A stretch of 63,411 nucleotides of DNA, filler included, from Reticulomyxa filosa (GCA_000512085.1; 19 parts of 19 records of this genome joined end to end with filler, not necessarily neighbours in it); one strand, 5' to 3'; shown: positions 1-13,097, counted from the first letter of the whole stretch. Program-made: numbers and translations. The notes: generated by a model not told the origin, from the letters alone.

Positions 1-1571
1 CAAAAAATGACTTTTTCCGTACATATCAATGATAACCACACCACCTCCGTTGTGCTGGTAGACAAACAGGCCGATATATCGTTTTTCTGAGCTGTTGTCG
101 CAGTCCACAGTCCACCATTTGCTCTAATAAATCCGTTGTGAACATTACATGAAAAAAAAAGTGAGAATTGACTACCATTGCTGTCGTTTCAGACATTTGC
201 AATACATCCTAAAGATTTGTTTAGAGCGTCTCCTTTCGATTGCAATATTGAACACGTGGATTGAATTGTATCGTCGCTTGAAGGGTTACTGGTTTGAAAT
301 AATGTCTGTTTGCTTCCAAATATGACAACGCTTGGACGAAACGTTCAATTATCAATGATATATTCATTTGATTGAGCGTGACTTTCGTTACATGTTCGAG
401 CTAATGGTAACTTTGGCATTGCTGGCTTGATTAGAATAGATAAAACCAAATCCCTTGCACGCTGTTGTATGATTGGTCACAAATTTGGAGTGAGTCCGGA
501 AGTTTGATCAATAAATATCCATATACTCTCGATGCATTTATGCACAATAGCTAGCGTTGACAAAAAGGTGGAGTGCAGATGGAGCAGCAGTTGAATTAAC
601 GCGTACAGCAAAAATGGTATATTGTGTACTGCATTATAAGCCGTAAATTCCGTGCATTGCGCACTTATTTTCGACAATCCATTTGAAACGTCTTCAATAC
701 CCCGAATCGAATCAATACTAATATTTTACAAGAAGGTGAACCACAACGTGACTCCAAATTAAAATGAGAGACTACATTTTTCGACGATATGTGATTCGAC
801 ACAAGGAAAAATGACAACAAATACTATAATATCCAACCCACTCGCCACACGATATTCGTTTGATGTTGATATCAATTCATTGCATCGTTCCGTATTTGCA
901 ATCAAATAATTGATTGTACATATTTGAGTCCTCCATCCGAGTATGATCATATTAATAATATTTTCACATATTAATCATATGTTATCACATGTTTCGTTGC
1001 GTCCACATGTTGAATTCACTCACTCTGTTGCATCCGATATGAATATGAACGAAAAATACCTACGCTCGAGACCACAATTGACACTGTAAAACGTAATGTA
1101 CCGATTATTGTACAAAGACTTGCACGCGTAATAAGATCTTTTTTCTTCTTCACGTTTGAGAACTTGTTACCGTCTACAGGCACAATTCATCTTCAATACT
1201 CACAACTGTTAATGGATATTCACATTATAATTGTTTTGCAACTCCTTACCTTGAATTTGCAATTGTATCTAGGTACAAATGTACTTCAATTTGGAATGGG
1301 TTTGTCTTTGATACTAGTACCAGTTTGATGTCTTATTTGCCTTGCAGCCCAGAGTTTTTGTTGATGTACCATTGTGTTTAGTGTTTGAAGCCATTTGTGC
1401 GACAGGTTCGATCTTGTTCTTTACCGTCAACACAATTAATCCGCAGGTAACATAATCCTTGTAATCGGAAAACATGTGGACTGGCATACTCCAAGACTAC
1501 TTTTCAAGCCATAATCGTCACGACAAATTGGCATCTCACAACACGCACAGTCTTCAAAACTATAGTATAAA

Positions 1572-1671
1572 NNNNNNNNNNNNNNNNNNNNNNNNNNNNN
1601 NNNNNNNNNNNNNNNTTAATTAATTAANNNNNNNNNNNNNNNNNNNNNNNNNNNNNNNNNNNNNNNNNNNN
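1572..1671. other. Artificial contig linker N44-TTAATTAATTAA-N44 (first of 18)
   Basis: Identical 100-nt linkers with stops in all six frames start at 1572, 2770, 4229, 5597, 6912, 9522, 10817, 12929, 18622, 31884, 34112, 35428, 46470, 49495, 51985, 55663, 58318 and 59499. This is an assembly concatenation artefact. Confidence 0.98.
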
Positions 1672-2904
1672 CAAAAGCATTTGTACATCTCTTCACTTTG
1701 TAAACTAATCACAAGTGCTTCCACATAATGATTTTTACTTTATTCTGTGTTATTGTGCGTCAAATACTTTAATATCAGTCAGTATATTTTTTATAATAGA
1801 TAATATTTCATTTTTTGGCTGATCAAACAAATAACAAGTTTTAAATTTTGATGAATGGAAAGTTACGATTCTGGAAATAAAAATATTTACTTCAATTTTA
1901 CATTATTTTTTAAAAATAGATACTGAAGACAAATTTTTAATAAATTCAATGCAATCAATGTTTCAAAGATTACAATCCAATTGCTTCTTTTCATATTTCT
2001 TAATACTAAATTGTTTATTTTATTTTGAAATTCATTAAACTATGCATAATCTAGCAAACATGATTTTTTTGAATTGTAACACCTTTTTTGAAGATAATGA
2101 AAAAATTCAGATTGGATAAATGATAGATATTTGCATCCTACATTAAATATCATTTTGTATTGTATCACAAGCAAGACAAAGAAATTCAAACAACAGACAA
2201 TCATTAAAATATGACCAAGTTAATGTTATGCACGAATACTGACCTGAATTTTTGATAATGCATCTTCAGGAAGACAAATTCAAAGAATATAATGCATTTA
2301 TTGATTTAAATAAATATAAAATCAAATCTTGATGGATAATTGATAAAAAGGTAATGTTTTAATGATAGATTGAAAATTATTCATTCAAGTGAAAACTCTT
2401 TTTTTGAAAATAATTATCAGTTCTCTTTTTACTTACTTGATATAAATGAATTTAAATAAATTCATTCAAAACAAACTATTGTTAATGTATTCATCCACAA
2501 ACATTAATTAGACCATCATTTGAACCATGACATAAATTCACACAAATATCATCGTTTAATTTTTGTTTAGTGTTATTTACTTTCTTTTTTAATTTCGTAA
2601 ATTTAAGACAGATTACTTGTACATCTACTTTCATCGAATATCCCAAAATCGAATTGTTTTATCACATGATCCAGAACAAATCACATTTGAATTACCATCA
2701 AATTCACTATTCTTTATTACAAATGGTGAATATTCAACAGCATAAACCCAATCTGTATGTCCGTTGAATNNNNNNNNNNNNNNNNNNNNNNNNNNNNNNN
2801 NNNNNNNNNNNNNTTAATTAATTAANNNNNNNNNNNNNNNNNNNNNNNNNNNNNNNNNNNNNNNNNNNNCGATTTATCATATCAAAGCTGTCATTCTTTT
2901 CAAA

Positions 2905-2943
2905 AACCATATACATATGCATATACATATACATATATATATA

Positions 2944-2978
<35 letters not shown>

Positions 2979-2980
2979 AT
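2905..2980. repeat. (ATATGT)n/(TA)n microsatellite inside a probable intron
   Basis: Directly visible alternating purine-pyrimidine tandem repeat downstream of a minus-strand CAG|GT donor at 3006/3005. Confidence 0.85.
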
Positions 2981-3005
2981 GACCGGAAAAAAAAAAAAAA
3001 AAAAC

Positions 3006-4166
3006 CTGTTTGCAATCAAGGCCTCGAAATGAGGAGGCATGTTGTTCAGGAGTAAATTTAGTCGCGACGGAGTCGCACGAGTGCGGGTGCTGGGAGTCGT
3101 AGTCTTGCACGCTGGTTTGGCTGAAGAGCACTTGGCTTTGTCTCCGGAGAGACTGCAGCGTGTGTTTCAAATTGCTTTGCGGCGTGTGATAAGTGGGATA
3201 AGCATATTGATGTTCGTACATGGAAGGATGGAATAATGTCGCGAGTTGTTCTTGTGACGTACGGCCGGCGTGGTTCCTCGTCATGGGCAGCACCAAGAGT
3301 GGAGGGACATTATTGAACCGAGTCGTCCACGTGGTTGACGACGACGACAACGTCGACGATGACGACAACAAGGGTTTTTCCACAGTAGTCACAGCATTTG
3401 TGTTGTGTCGAGAGTGGTCAGGTTCGGACAGTATCAATGGCGGTGGTGGTGGCAGTGTCGTCGTCGTCCCCTCCCCAGCTGCTTTCAAAACAGTGGATGG
3501 GTGTTCGTGATCGGACAGCAATTGGCTATGGGCCTGTCGATACGTATCTTGCCAAGCGGTCAACGACGGACTACCCCCTGGGATAATAAACGGCTCTGAA
3601 CGAATGCCCAAGATAGTCTCAATGGTGTTTCTGTTATGTCGCTCTGAACAGGTGCGGGTGTGATTATTTAGTTTGCCAAAATTGTTTGATATTGTTATAT
3701 GCTTTTCCTTTTCTTCTTCTTCTTCTTCTTCTTTGTCATCATTATCACCAACACTCCCCTTTCTTGCACCTACATTCCACACGTGAAACGTCCCGCGTCG
3801 AATGTGGCTCTCCATGTAACACTCCAACTCATCCAAACTATTGCGCAAAAAATTAATGCAACTCATTACGCGCATTTTCGATAAAAGGTCTTCAATTTCT
3901 CGGTTTTGGCGATACCCCAATCTTTTCTTCGGCTTTTCGTTGGCATGCTTGTCACTCTTGGCTTTATCTTTTTTGGACGACTCGACATCCATTTCCACGT
4001 TACTTTCATTGCCATTGCCACTGCTCGTCTTCACATCTTTCGAATGAAACATGTTGTTCCAAAAGGCCGCAAATTGGCTATGTCCCGACACACTCTTGTG
4101 CTTTCGGCTCTTTCCCGTGTCTTGCTTTGTCTCCACAAGTGGCTTTGCGTCATTGTGGTTAATGTA
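3006..4166 (-). CDS. Large internal exon of a hypothetical low-complexity protein
   Basis: About 390 open codons with higher GC than the flanks, encoding poly-E, poly-T/P/S tracts. Bounded by a TAG acceptor near 4167 and a CAG|GT donor at 3006. No family motif recognised. Confidence 0.6.
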
Positions 4167-5696
4167 CTACTCAGCAGGTCACTTTTTTTTTTTTTTTTTT
4201 TTTGTATTGTTATTATAATCTATTTGTTNNNNNNNNNNNNNNNNNNNNNNNNNNNNNNNNNNNNNNNNNNNNTTAATTAATTAANNNNNNNNNNNNNNNN
4301 NNNNNNNNNNNNNNNNNNNNNNNNNNNNATTACTCGATCAGTGGAACAACGACAATATTTTGCACGGGGAGTATCATAACTTTTTCACACCATTGCAATA
4401 CGACGACAAAATTTGTTACATTTTGATACAACCAAACGCACTTCTCACTAACAACTATCCCAATTACATTACCAACAAATATTGATGGTGATGAAGTCGA
4501 TGAATTGTTCATTGAATTAAGCTAATATCGATCAGTTGTGCATAATATATTTTTTTTTTTAGTGTAATACATTTCTTTATTGTGATCATATACAACACTA
4601 ACATCTGTTAATATCGATAATTTATTGCAAAGGGGGGTAACATAAAAAAAAAATGTTTTAAAAAACCAAAAAATAATGCAATGACTTCCGAATGATGGAA
4701 CAAATGCTGACTCTAATCTCAAGCTACTCGAACAAAAAAAATATTTATATCCACGTGGCACCAAGAAAAGAAATCGGTTTTTAGAACAGGATTTTCTTAA
4801 CGAAAATAAAATTGATTGGGTCCTTATGCGCCACTTGACACAACTGTGAAGTTGGTATGCTTTGACCTTGCTCAAATTAAGCAAAAAGTATTGGCGTGGA
4901 AGATGGCAAAACAAAAACTCAATAAAAACTTGAAACATATTGTCAATCATCATCACTCTGTTTGCTCGGTTTTTTCAAGCTTAGAAAATTTTGAAATCGA
5001 TATGGTGAAATATATCAATCATCATCGCAGCGAACCTGTGAAGGAAATGAAAAAAAGTTGATGACATGTTCCATCAATTATCACAAACGTGGAGGAAAAC
5101 ATGTGCTATCTTATATTAATTATGATATGGACACTCCAAGAACACACCAATATGCTTGCAATCGCAGTACTTGAATTAGAAGTGGTGGGTGACAAAATTT
5201 ATTGTTGAAACTTTTTCTTTCTGGTCTTTTTGTTCCTTCTCTATACATATTCTTGACAGCAAGAAGATACTACTCGGAAATCTTTTTTGCCAGGAATAGT
5301 GGTAAGAATCAATTCCTATTTCGTAAAGTCGACGCTTACACGTTGCTCTTTTAGAGCACTTTTTTTTTGGTACTAACTCTAAACAATATAAGAGTCTATT
5401 GCATATTATCACGTGCAATTAATTCCAGTTGTCAGTCTTTTCAAAGGCACAAGTGAAAACGAAAATATGCAGTAGATTCGATTTGAATTTTTTTTAGATT
5501 TAAAATATTAAAATTAAGAAATTTTTTGCAATGAATATAATTTGATAAAGATATCGGTGAGCTGGAGAAGATTGTTGAAATTGTTGTTAAAAAAAANNNN
5601 NNNNNNNNNNNNNNNNNNNNNNNNNNNNNNNNNNNNNNNNTTAATTAATTAANNNNNNNNNNNNNNNNNNNNNNNNNNNNNNNNNNNNNNNNNNNN

Positions 5697-6266
5697 GAAT
5701 TACAAGTACAATTGACAACATATTGGGATTATATTATAGCAATGAGACTTCATTACATCTGTCCAGATTTACTTGATGATTGGAATTAGAATATGGTGAA
5801 TCGTTTAACACCAATATCATCATCCAATAGTGAATATTTTGAAATGAATTTAGTGATTGGTCATGAAGATCATTCCATGTATTTGAGTTTGTGTAAAACA
5901 TCTATTTATATTTTGATTCGAATTGATAATCGATTGATGAAAACTATTCCATCTGATACTCATTTAAATAAGATTGGATCAATAAAAAATAAGGATTGTA
6001 CATTAATAAAGCCATGTAATGATATAAATGTCAAACATAAAGAATGGTTGAAATATTATATTAAAGATGCATTTATATTGAGAAATAATAAAAGTAGTGA
6101 GGTTATGAAACATTTATATTGCAGTAATATCTTTCCTTGTAAAGAAAAACTGCCATCAATTGTAGAGAATTGGTCATATCGTCCTGCTCAAGGTAATGCA
6201 GAAAATTGTTATTTGCGAAATCATAATATTGGATATCGAATTCGTTTGGGTGATATCATTTCGTAA
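5697..6266 (+). pseudogene. Pseudogene fragment with a His-Asp/Asn-Gln-Cys motif order resembling CE-clan cysteine proteases
   Basis: The frame is open from the contig start (ELQVQLTTYWDYIIAMRLHY...) except for an in-frame TAG just before 5793. Motifs: GHEDHSMYLSL, RIDNR, PAQGNAENCYLRNH. The family assignment is inference. Confidence 0.45.
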
Positions 6267-7035
6267 TCGAGAAGGTGAAAGTTTTGTATAAGTATGAATG
6301 AACGAAAAGAAAGTAATTGAACAAAGGATATCTGAAATTTATTATTTTATGTTATCCTACAATTTCAAACCAAAGATTTATTATTTGAATAAAAAGTATT
6401 AGTTGAACACTTAGTCGTTTTAAAAAAATAAACTAAAATAAATGTTGTACAAGAGTGGATGATAGAAAGAAAATTATTTCAATATTTGCATTGTCTAAAG
6501 CCAGACGATTGATATGTTTAAAATTTCTTTACTTTGTTTTTCCCTTTTTTTTATTTGCGTTCCTTTGTCTGTCAAAGTTCTTGTGTTATTATTGTTGCAA
6601 ACGCATTTCATTTCGCCAAAAGAGGGCATAAATTAAAGTACGCCATTGCATCCATTCACATTTATTTTGAAAAATTGAAGTGAGTGTGATAAGAAAATAA
6701 ATTATCACTTCGAACGTGGTATACCTTTTTTTTTTTTTTAGTTGCATTATTTACGCCTTCTTAAGATATTGATTCAATTCCAATTTTAAAATTTATTTCC
6801 ACAATTTCATTGTAAGAGTAGCAAGAGTGAGTGCGATTGAAGTGTAATACGAATGAAATTTTTTTTTGTGCAAATCTTTGTATCAATACACATCTTGTCT
6901 CCTAACATGGCNNNNNNNNNNNNNNNNNNNNNNNNNNNNNNNNNNNNNNNNNNNNTTAATTAATTAANNNNNNNNNNNNNNNNNNNNNNNNNNNNNNNNN
7001 NNNNNNNNNNNTTTTTTTTTATGTTCTTTAACCAA

Positions 7036-7066
<31 letters not shown>

Positions 7067-7072
7067 AAAAAC

Positions 7073-7943
7073 TTGTTGGGTGATTTGTTGGAGGTTGAGT
7101 GGGTGCCTTTGTTGGATATTGCGATGGAGCGCGGGTGGGATATTTGGAAGGATATCGGGTGGGTGCTTGTGTTGGCTGACGCGTGGGCGAATACGTGGGA
7201 TATTGCGTCGGATATGTGGTTGGTGCGTTTGTTGGGAAGTTCGATGGCGAACGGGTTGGGTGCTGTGTTGGGTCTCTGGTCGGTGAGTTGGTCGGGAAGT
7301 TCGATGGCGAACGGGTCGGGTGCTGTGTCGGGTCTCTTGTCGGTGAGTTGGTCGGGACATTGGACGGCGAACGCGTCGGGGACAATGACGGAGCTTGCGT
7401 TGGTGCAACTGTCGGGTAACGAGATGGCCAATGCGTCGGCGATTGTGTCGGACTACTCGACGGTGACACTGTGGGTGCCATCGAAGGTGACCGTGTCGGC
7501 GATTGGCTTGGCGTCCGTGTTGGAGCCATTGTTGGTGCTCTTGTTGGACTTTTCGTTGGATTCCATGTCGGCTGGCTCACCGGCGAATACGTCGGATATT
7601 GTGTCGGCAATGATGTTGGTCTCAATGTTGGCATCATTGTTGGTAATGTTGGATTACCTGTCGGCTTTCGTGTTGGTATTCGTGTTGTTGGGCTATGCGA
7701 TGGTCTTACTGATGGTTTTCTTGGCTGCGGCTGGAAGTTCACCAATCTTCTGTGCTCAATGTAGCTGGATGTACACGGATTCCCGTTGTCATTTCCCTCT
7801 GGTGACACGTAAAGACATGTCGTTGTTTTGCACACGCTTATGTCAAAATACTCATCTTGACTTTTCACAAATAAATTTGCAATACAGGATAATACAATCA
7901 AACACCACCAAATTCTCACCGAAAATGCACACCTGCTTTGCAT
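7073..7943 (-). CDS. Secreted PT-repeat (xPTx) mucin/cell-surface protein, first exon
   Basis: ATG at 7943 and a hydrophobic signal-like segment (IWWCLIVLSCIANLFV). Followed by the YVSPEGND motif, HRRL, and about 50 P-[TS]-x-x tetrapeptides, with a GT donor at 7072. The gene is truncated by the contig end. Confidence 0.8.
7076..7720 (-). repeat. 12-nt coding tandem repeat with a nested 60-nt duplication
   Basis: P(T/S)xx repeats. 7231-7290 and 7291-7350 are near-identical 60-nt units (PTNSPTRDPTQHPTRSPSN). Confidence 0.9.
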
Positions 7944-9359
7944 TTTTCTCAGGGTTGACACTTTTCCTTTTCCCAGGAGGAAAAAAAAAAAGACCCTTCT
8001 TCCTTAAAAAAACAAAATATATTATGTTCGCAAGTTTTACAAATAAGTCTCACTTTCAAGACTTTTTTTCATGTGTCGACTTTTCAAATTTTTTTTCAAA
8101 AATTGTAATTACGACAGAATTTTCTCGAAGAATCAAATTTTCATATTTTTCTCCTCTATAGACGGAAATTTTATTTCAAAGTATCAATATCAATACCGAT
8201 ATTAACCCTCCGCACTAGTTAATATGTACTGATTTGAGTGCGAAAAGCGTCAGGTTTGTAGTAAAGAATGTACTGCATACCACAACGTTGAAAACTATCT
8301 TTCGATTTGTTTATCAAATTTTTTGTCTTAATTTAAGCTATTCTATCATTTCTGTTGCCCTTGCTTCAAATGTTCTTATTTTCAAAAGTTAATTTGTGTA
8401 AGAAGTATTGTCCATAAAGCAAACATCAAGTCAATTTGATCTCCATTTAATATTGAAAGGTACGATTAACGACAACGTTGCATGTACTTCTTTTGTCGTA
8501 ACTTAAAAAAGAACATTACCAGAAGCTGATTATATTCTATCATTCACCAGCGATTATGACGATATAATAATTATTAAACGTAAACACGTTTTTTACTGAA
8601 CTTGCTATTGTAGATCAAGGCCCTAGGAAATGTAAAAGCAAGTTCACTGAACTTAGAAACCTTTTTCTCGACGTGCATCTTTGACACTCGAGCAAATCCA
8701 TATACTCTGTATGATTAAGATTCACAGATAAATAATTAAAAATACAAGAAAAACCTTTTATTCACTGACACGTTTTTTTTGTGTGCAAGAGACTGAATAA
8801 AATCCTTTTCATTATGAAGAATATAGTGGCGATCAAAAACACAACAAAAACCTTTAAACAATTATGAAAAAAATGAAATTACAAGATCAATATTGCATGG
8901 CCAATAGTATTGACATCGAAAAATGTACGAGCTGCTTAAAAAGAATAAGCAGTTTGATTATATGACGATATGGAAAGCAACTAAAAAACAACGACTATAA
9001 TACTTCTGTAGAACATTACAAATAATTATATTCACACCAGTTTATGTAAAGTCATTATGATCCAAGACATCAGTATTTAGATTATTCGGTGATTACAAGA
9101 ATGCGATAGCCACAAAAGTGAAAGTATATACATTATCGCAGATATTGTGAAAACTGTATATGCACTTCATTTGTACGAAAACTCATTTTAGTACATTTAC
9201 TAGAGATTCGATCATATACATCCTCAACATGAAGTAGAAAACAATGAAAAAGAAGAATAAAATATTCAAGATAAAAGAAAGAAAACAATAAAATGCTTTG
9301 TATAAAACCCGAATTAAGCAAGCTAACATAATGAAAAAAGAATACATGAAACGAATATA

Positions 9360-9521
9360 CAGTAGAATGCAAAGTAAAGTTGACACCTAAAACGGCACCT
9401 TATAGAAATGATTGATTTTCTTCATGAAAAAACAACATTCAGACCTAATTTTTTTTTAAAAAAATATCTACAAATCGTGTACTTTTTAAATATCATTTTG
9501 GTTTTTTATTACATCTTTCCT
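9360..9521 (+). mobile_element. Tc1-family MITE, left terminal inverted repeat (truncated by contig end)
   Basis: TA|CAGTAGAATGCAAAGTAAAGTTGACACCTAAAACGGCACCTTAT...GATTTTCTTCATGAAAAAACAAC matches 36857-37000 and the reverse complement of 37240-37367. Confidence 0.75.
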
Positions 9522-9835
9522 NNNNNNNNNNNNNNNNNNNNNNNNNNNNNNNNNNNNNNNNNNNNTTAATTAATTAANNNNNNNNNNNNNNNNNNNNNNN
9601 NNNNNNNNNNNNNNNNNNNNNTTTTTTTTTTAACACGGATTGAGTGATATCCAGAGTGCAAAGAAAAAATGGAACTTTGGCCAAATCAATTGGAATTCGA
9701 GCGTCGTTGCAAAGTAACCTTCTTTTGAAGTAGTCTCTTTATGAGTCGGAGTTGGAAAGTTCGACTCACGACAAAACAAAATCAAAACAACAGGAAATGA
9801 GAACGAATGTAACACTACTGTTTAAGTATGGCAAC

Positions 9836-10786
9836 ATGTCCCAGCCAAAGAGAACTAAAATAAAGATAATACAATGGCTGAAATCAAATGCGAAAATTCA
9901 TCCGGAGCTTGAGTTTTTAGCAAAAGACGACGAAGCCAAGAATAAGATGTTGATGCAAATTATAGAGCATACAGCGGACTGGTACCTTCAGCAAGATGGA
10001 GTCTTCGTTCAAATAAGGTGTGTTTGATATGTACACACATATAAAAGGACACTCGAAACAACAATTTTTTTTTTTTTTTTTTTTAAAGCAGCAATGTGGG
10101 GGGACTGGACCTAGCGCAAGTATTGATGACATTAGAGATTGAAAGCCTTCCACAACGTGGCTATCAAAGAGAAATATTGGAGCGAGCCAAAGAAAAGAAT
10201 GTGATTTGTTATATGCCCACCGGTTGCGGTAAAACCAGAGTGGCCATTGGCTTAATTTTGCTTGTTTTGCAGCGGACCAGTGCATGGATCAATGATCCAC
10301 AACAGAAGAGAACGTGGGTGATTTTTTTGGTTCCAACGACAAATTTGGCCACTCAACAATTGAACAAAATAAAAGTTAAAAAAAGGGGTTACACTTTTTT
10401 TAGTGAGTTCTCTGACACGTATAAAAAAAAAAAACTTTTCGATAATGTTGTTGTTGTACAAACTACAAAGTTGCATACAAGTATAAACACAACATTTCAA
10501 CGAAAAAATTTAGGAGGCATTTAACGGTTGCGTTCGCGCGCAGAGGATAATTGGAGAGGATGGGCCGGACGATTGGGACGTGAACACGTGGAACATGATG
10601 TTCGAGCCTAACGACGTGTTTGTAATGACCCCCCAATGCTTGGTCAACATCCTTTCCAGGGGTATCAAGCAAATTCAAGACTTTAGTTTGTTGATTTTTG
10701 ATGAATGCCACCATGTGAAAGGCAAAGAGAAAAAGAACGGACACCCTTATTTCCAAATTATGCAACAATACCATCTCACGAAAAAG
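9836..10786 (+). CDS. Dicer-like DExD/H-box helicase (Hel1 domain), 5' part, 3 exons
   Basis: After splicing (introns ~10018-10088 and 10375-10513): PQRGYQREIL, MPTGCGKT (Walker A), IFLVPTTNLATQQ, DWDVNTW, VFVMTPQCLVNIL, LLIFDECHH, HPYFQIMQQY. This motif set is characteristic of Dicer/RIG-I-like helicases and closest to Dicer. RNase III domains are not in this contig. Confidence 0.8.
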
Positions 10787-10916
10787 TTAACCATTTTTTT
10801 TTTTTTTTTTTTTTTTNNNNNNNNNNNNNNNNNNNNNNNNNNNNNNNNNNNNNNNNNNNNTTAATTAATTAANNNNNNNNNNNNNNNNNNNNNNNNNNNN
10901 NNNNNNNNNNNNNNNN

Positions 10917-10950
<34 letters not shown>

Positions 10951-11110
10951 TAATAACAATGAATTTCTTTTTCGTGTGGACTCAACAAAACAACGTACAT
11001 ATGAATTTTATATTTATCAATTGACACCTTGTTTATTGGAACTCACTTGCTTTACACAACAATGTTTGTTCTATTATCCCTTCTTTCATCACTGCACTTT
11101 TTTTTTGCAG

Positions 11111-11226
11111 AATATCTTTTCTTGCTTGGATTTTTTCGAAGCGCGCCAACAATGGCTGCATTGTGTCCATGCTTTGGATCGTTTCAATGATGTGTTGGCT
11201 CTGCTTTTACGTCCTCCTTCTTTGCA

Positions 11227-11261
<35 letters not shown>

Positions 11262-11442
11262 ATCGTCAAATACTATCTTGCATTGACCTCCATTTATTTT
11301 TGAAACACTTTCTATGGCTCTGCATGCGAGTTGCTTGTATTCACGGATTCGCCCCGGTCCCACAATATGGATGTCTCGATACTGTTGCGGGTACTGTAGA
11401 GGCTCGTTCGTCTGCATCTTCACTTTCTTCTTCGTCTTCATT

Positions 11443-11488
<46 letters not shown>

Positions 11489-12427
11489 CCATCATCATTA
11501 TCTTCTTCTTCTTCTTCTTCTTCTCCCTCTTCCTCCTCGTCATTCGCGTGTTTGCAGTCTTCGATGAATGGCATTTCAAAATGTGATCTGCACATTGCAC
11601 ACAGCGTGTTGATAAACATATTGCTAGTGAATCGTCAATGGCTCCCTTCATTACTCATCACCAAACTGCGATCGCACGTCCGCGATCTGTTTGTGTTCAT
11701 TCGTTTGCTGAAAATACTCGGCCAAGACCTGAAGCATTTGTTTCAAATGAAGCTGTTGCAATGCGACAATCTGACTTTGTTTTATCAGATGATCTACGAG
11801 ATCAAACGAAACGTCCTGTCTTCTCATCCGTCTCAAGACCACGTCGACGTAGTCGCGCCTTTCCGTACTCCAAATCAGTTTGTCAAACCAACCCAACTCG
11901 ATATCTCATCTTCGACTTCCGATCAAACTGTCGTACAGTCTGAGGAAGACGCTTTGTCTTCGCTAACCCATTTTCGAAGAGACCAACTCCAAGAGCTATT
12001 CCAAGACACAATGTCTACTAAGCCAACGCCTACTATTGATGAATCGATTTCGCCACTTGTTCTTACCGATGTGCTGCAACAAGTGAACTTTTCTTGTCTT
12101 CTTGCCCCTTTTTCATCATCATTGCCATCACAGCAAACACCATCATTATCACAACAAATATCGTCATTACCACAGCAAACACCATCGCAACTGCAGTCAC
12201 AATCATCACAACCACTTCCGACTGGAGAAGATTTGCGTTGCTTGTTAAGTGTGTTAGGTGACATACCCGAATTGAATCAGAGCAATGACAATAACAATGG
12301 CAATGCAACACAAGAGAAAAAAGCAAATAAAAAACCAAAGTTGCCCAATTTTAATGATCTCAGAGCTGATGAAGACATCGACAGAGGGAAAAATTGGACT
12401 AATGTTGTCAATTTGAATATGTTTTGA
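11111..12427 (+). CDS. 3' exon of a hypothetical protein with His-Arg, poly-Ser and SQQTP repeats
   Basis: Long open frame after a TTTTTTGCAG acceptor at 11110, with (CATCGT)n, (TCA)n and (TCT)n coding microsatellites. No family recognised. Confidence 0.55.
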
Positions 12428-13097
12428 AACTTTTCATTTTCACAAGCTTGAACTTGTTTCCCTCTTGTTAACAAACACGAGCAAACCGCTTTTATTGTTT
12501 TTTATTTTCGAACAAAATTAATTTAAAAAGAATCACATAGTATTTTCTACAAACTATGCAATCTTTCTACGAGCGATCCACTCCTATTTAGCCAAACGTA
12601 AAGGGACTGAACTTCTAAAAACTGAGTTAATGAATGTCAAAGCTTCTATGTAAATGTTAAAAAATGAGATTCTGCGTGTTTTTAAATTTTTTGTTGAAAG
12701 AATTGTAAACCCATGAAAGGTCAAACTGGACTGTTGGAGGGAGTAGAGCTGCAAGAAAGAGAAAAAAGGACTTACAAAGTAAGTGGAGAAAGTTAAACAC
12801 GTAACCCAAATAATTTTTTTGTTTTATCCCCTTTATTAATTATTTATTTCTTTAATGTATAATTTTGTGTGATCAATAAATAGAAGGTATTGGCAATGTA
12901 CATGCAGCGATTTCCCGTAAACGTAAACNNNNNNNNNNNNNNNNNNNNNNNNNNNNNNNNNNNNNNNNNNNNTTAATTAATTAANNNNNNNNNNNNNNNN
13001 NNNNNNNNNNNNNNNNNNNNNNNNNNNNTTTTTTTTTTGCAATGCTATTGTACTAGAAGACTACGACAGCATCCATTCGCAGCATAGCGTAGACGAA

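Noticed and set aside
1616-1627. Regularly recurring palindromic TTAATTAATTAA resembling a repeat array or regulatory site
   Set aside because: Always embedded in exactly 44+44 N; a synthetic six-frame stop linker.
7231-7380. 60-nt periodic repeats as a possible CRISPR array
   Set aside because: In-frame coding tandem duplication with no unique spacers, no cas genes, and a eukaryotic context.
7073-8161. 362-aa plus-strand ORF and other ORFs overlapping the PT repeat
   Set aside because: Antisense or alternative-frame shadows of a stop-poor repeat. The minus-strand frame has a signal peptide and a splice donor.
11184-11651. Minus-strand poly-Met and poly-Asp/Glu ORFs
   Set aside because: By-products of (TCA)n/(TCT)n microsatellites within the longer plus-strand frame.
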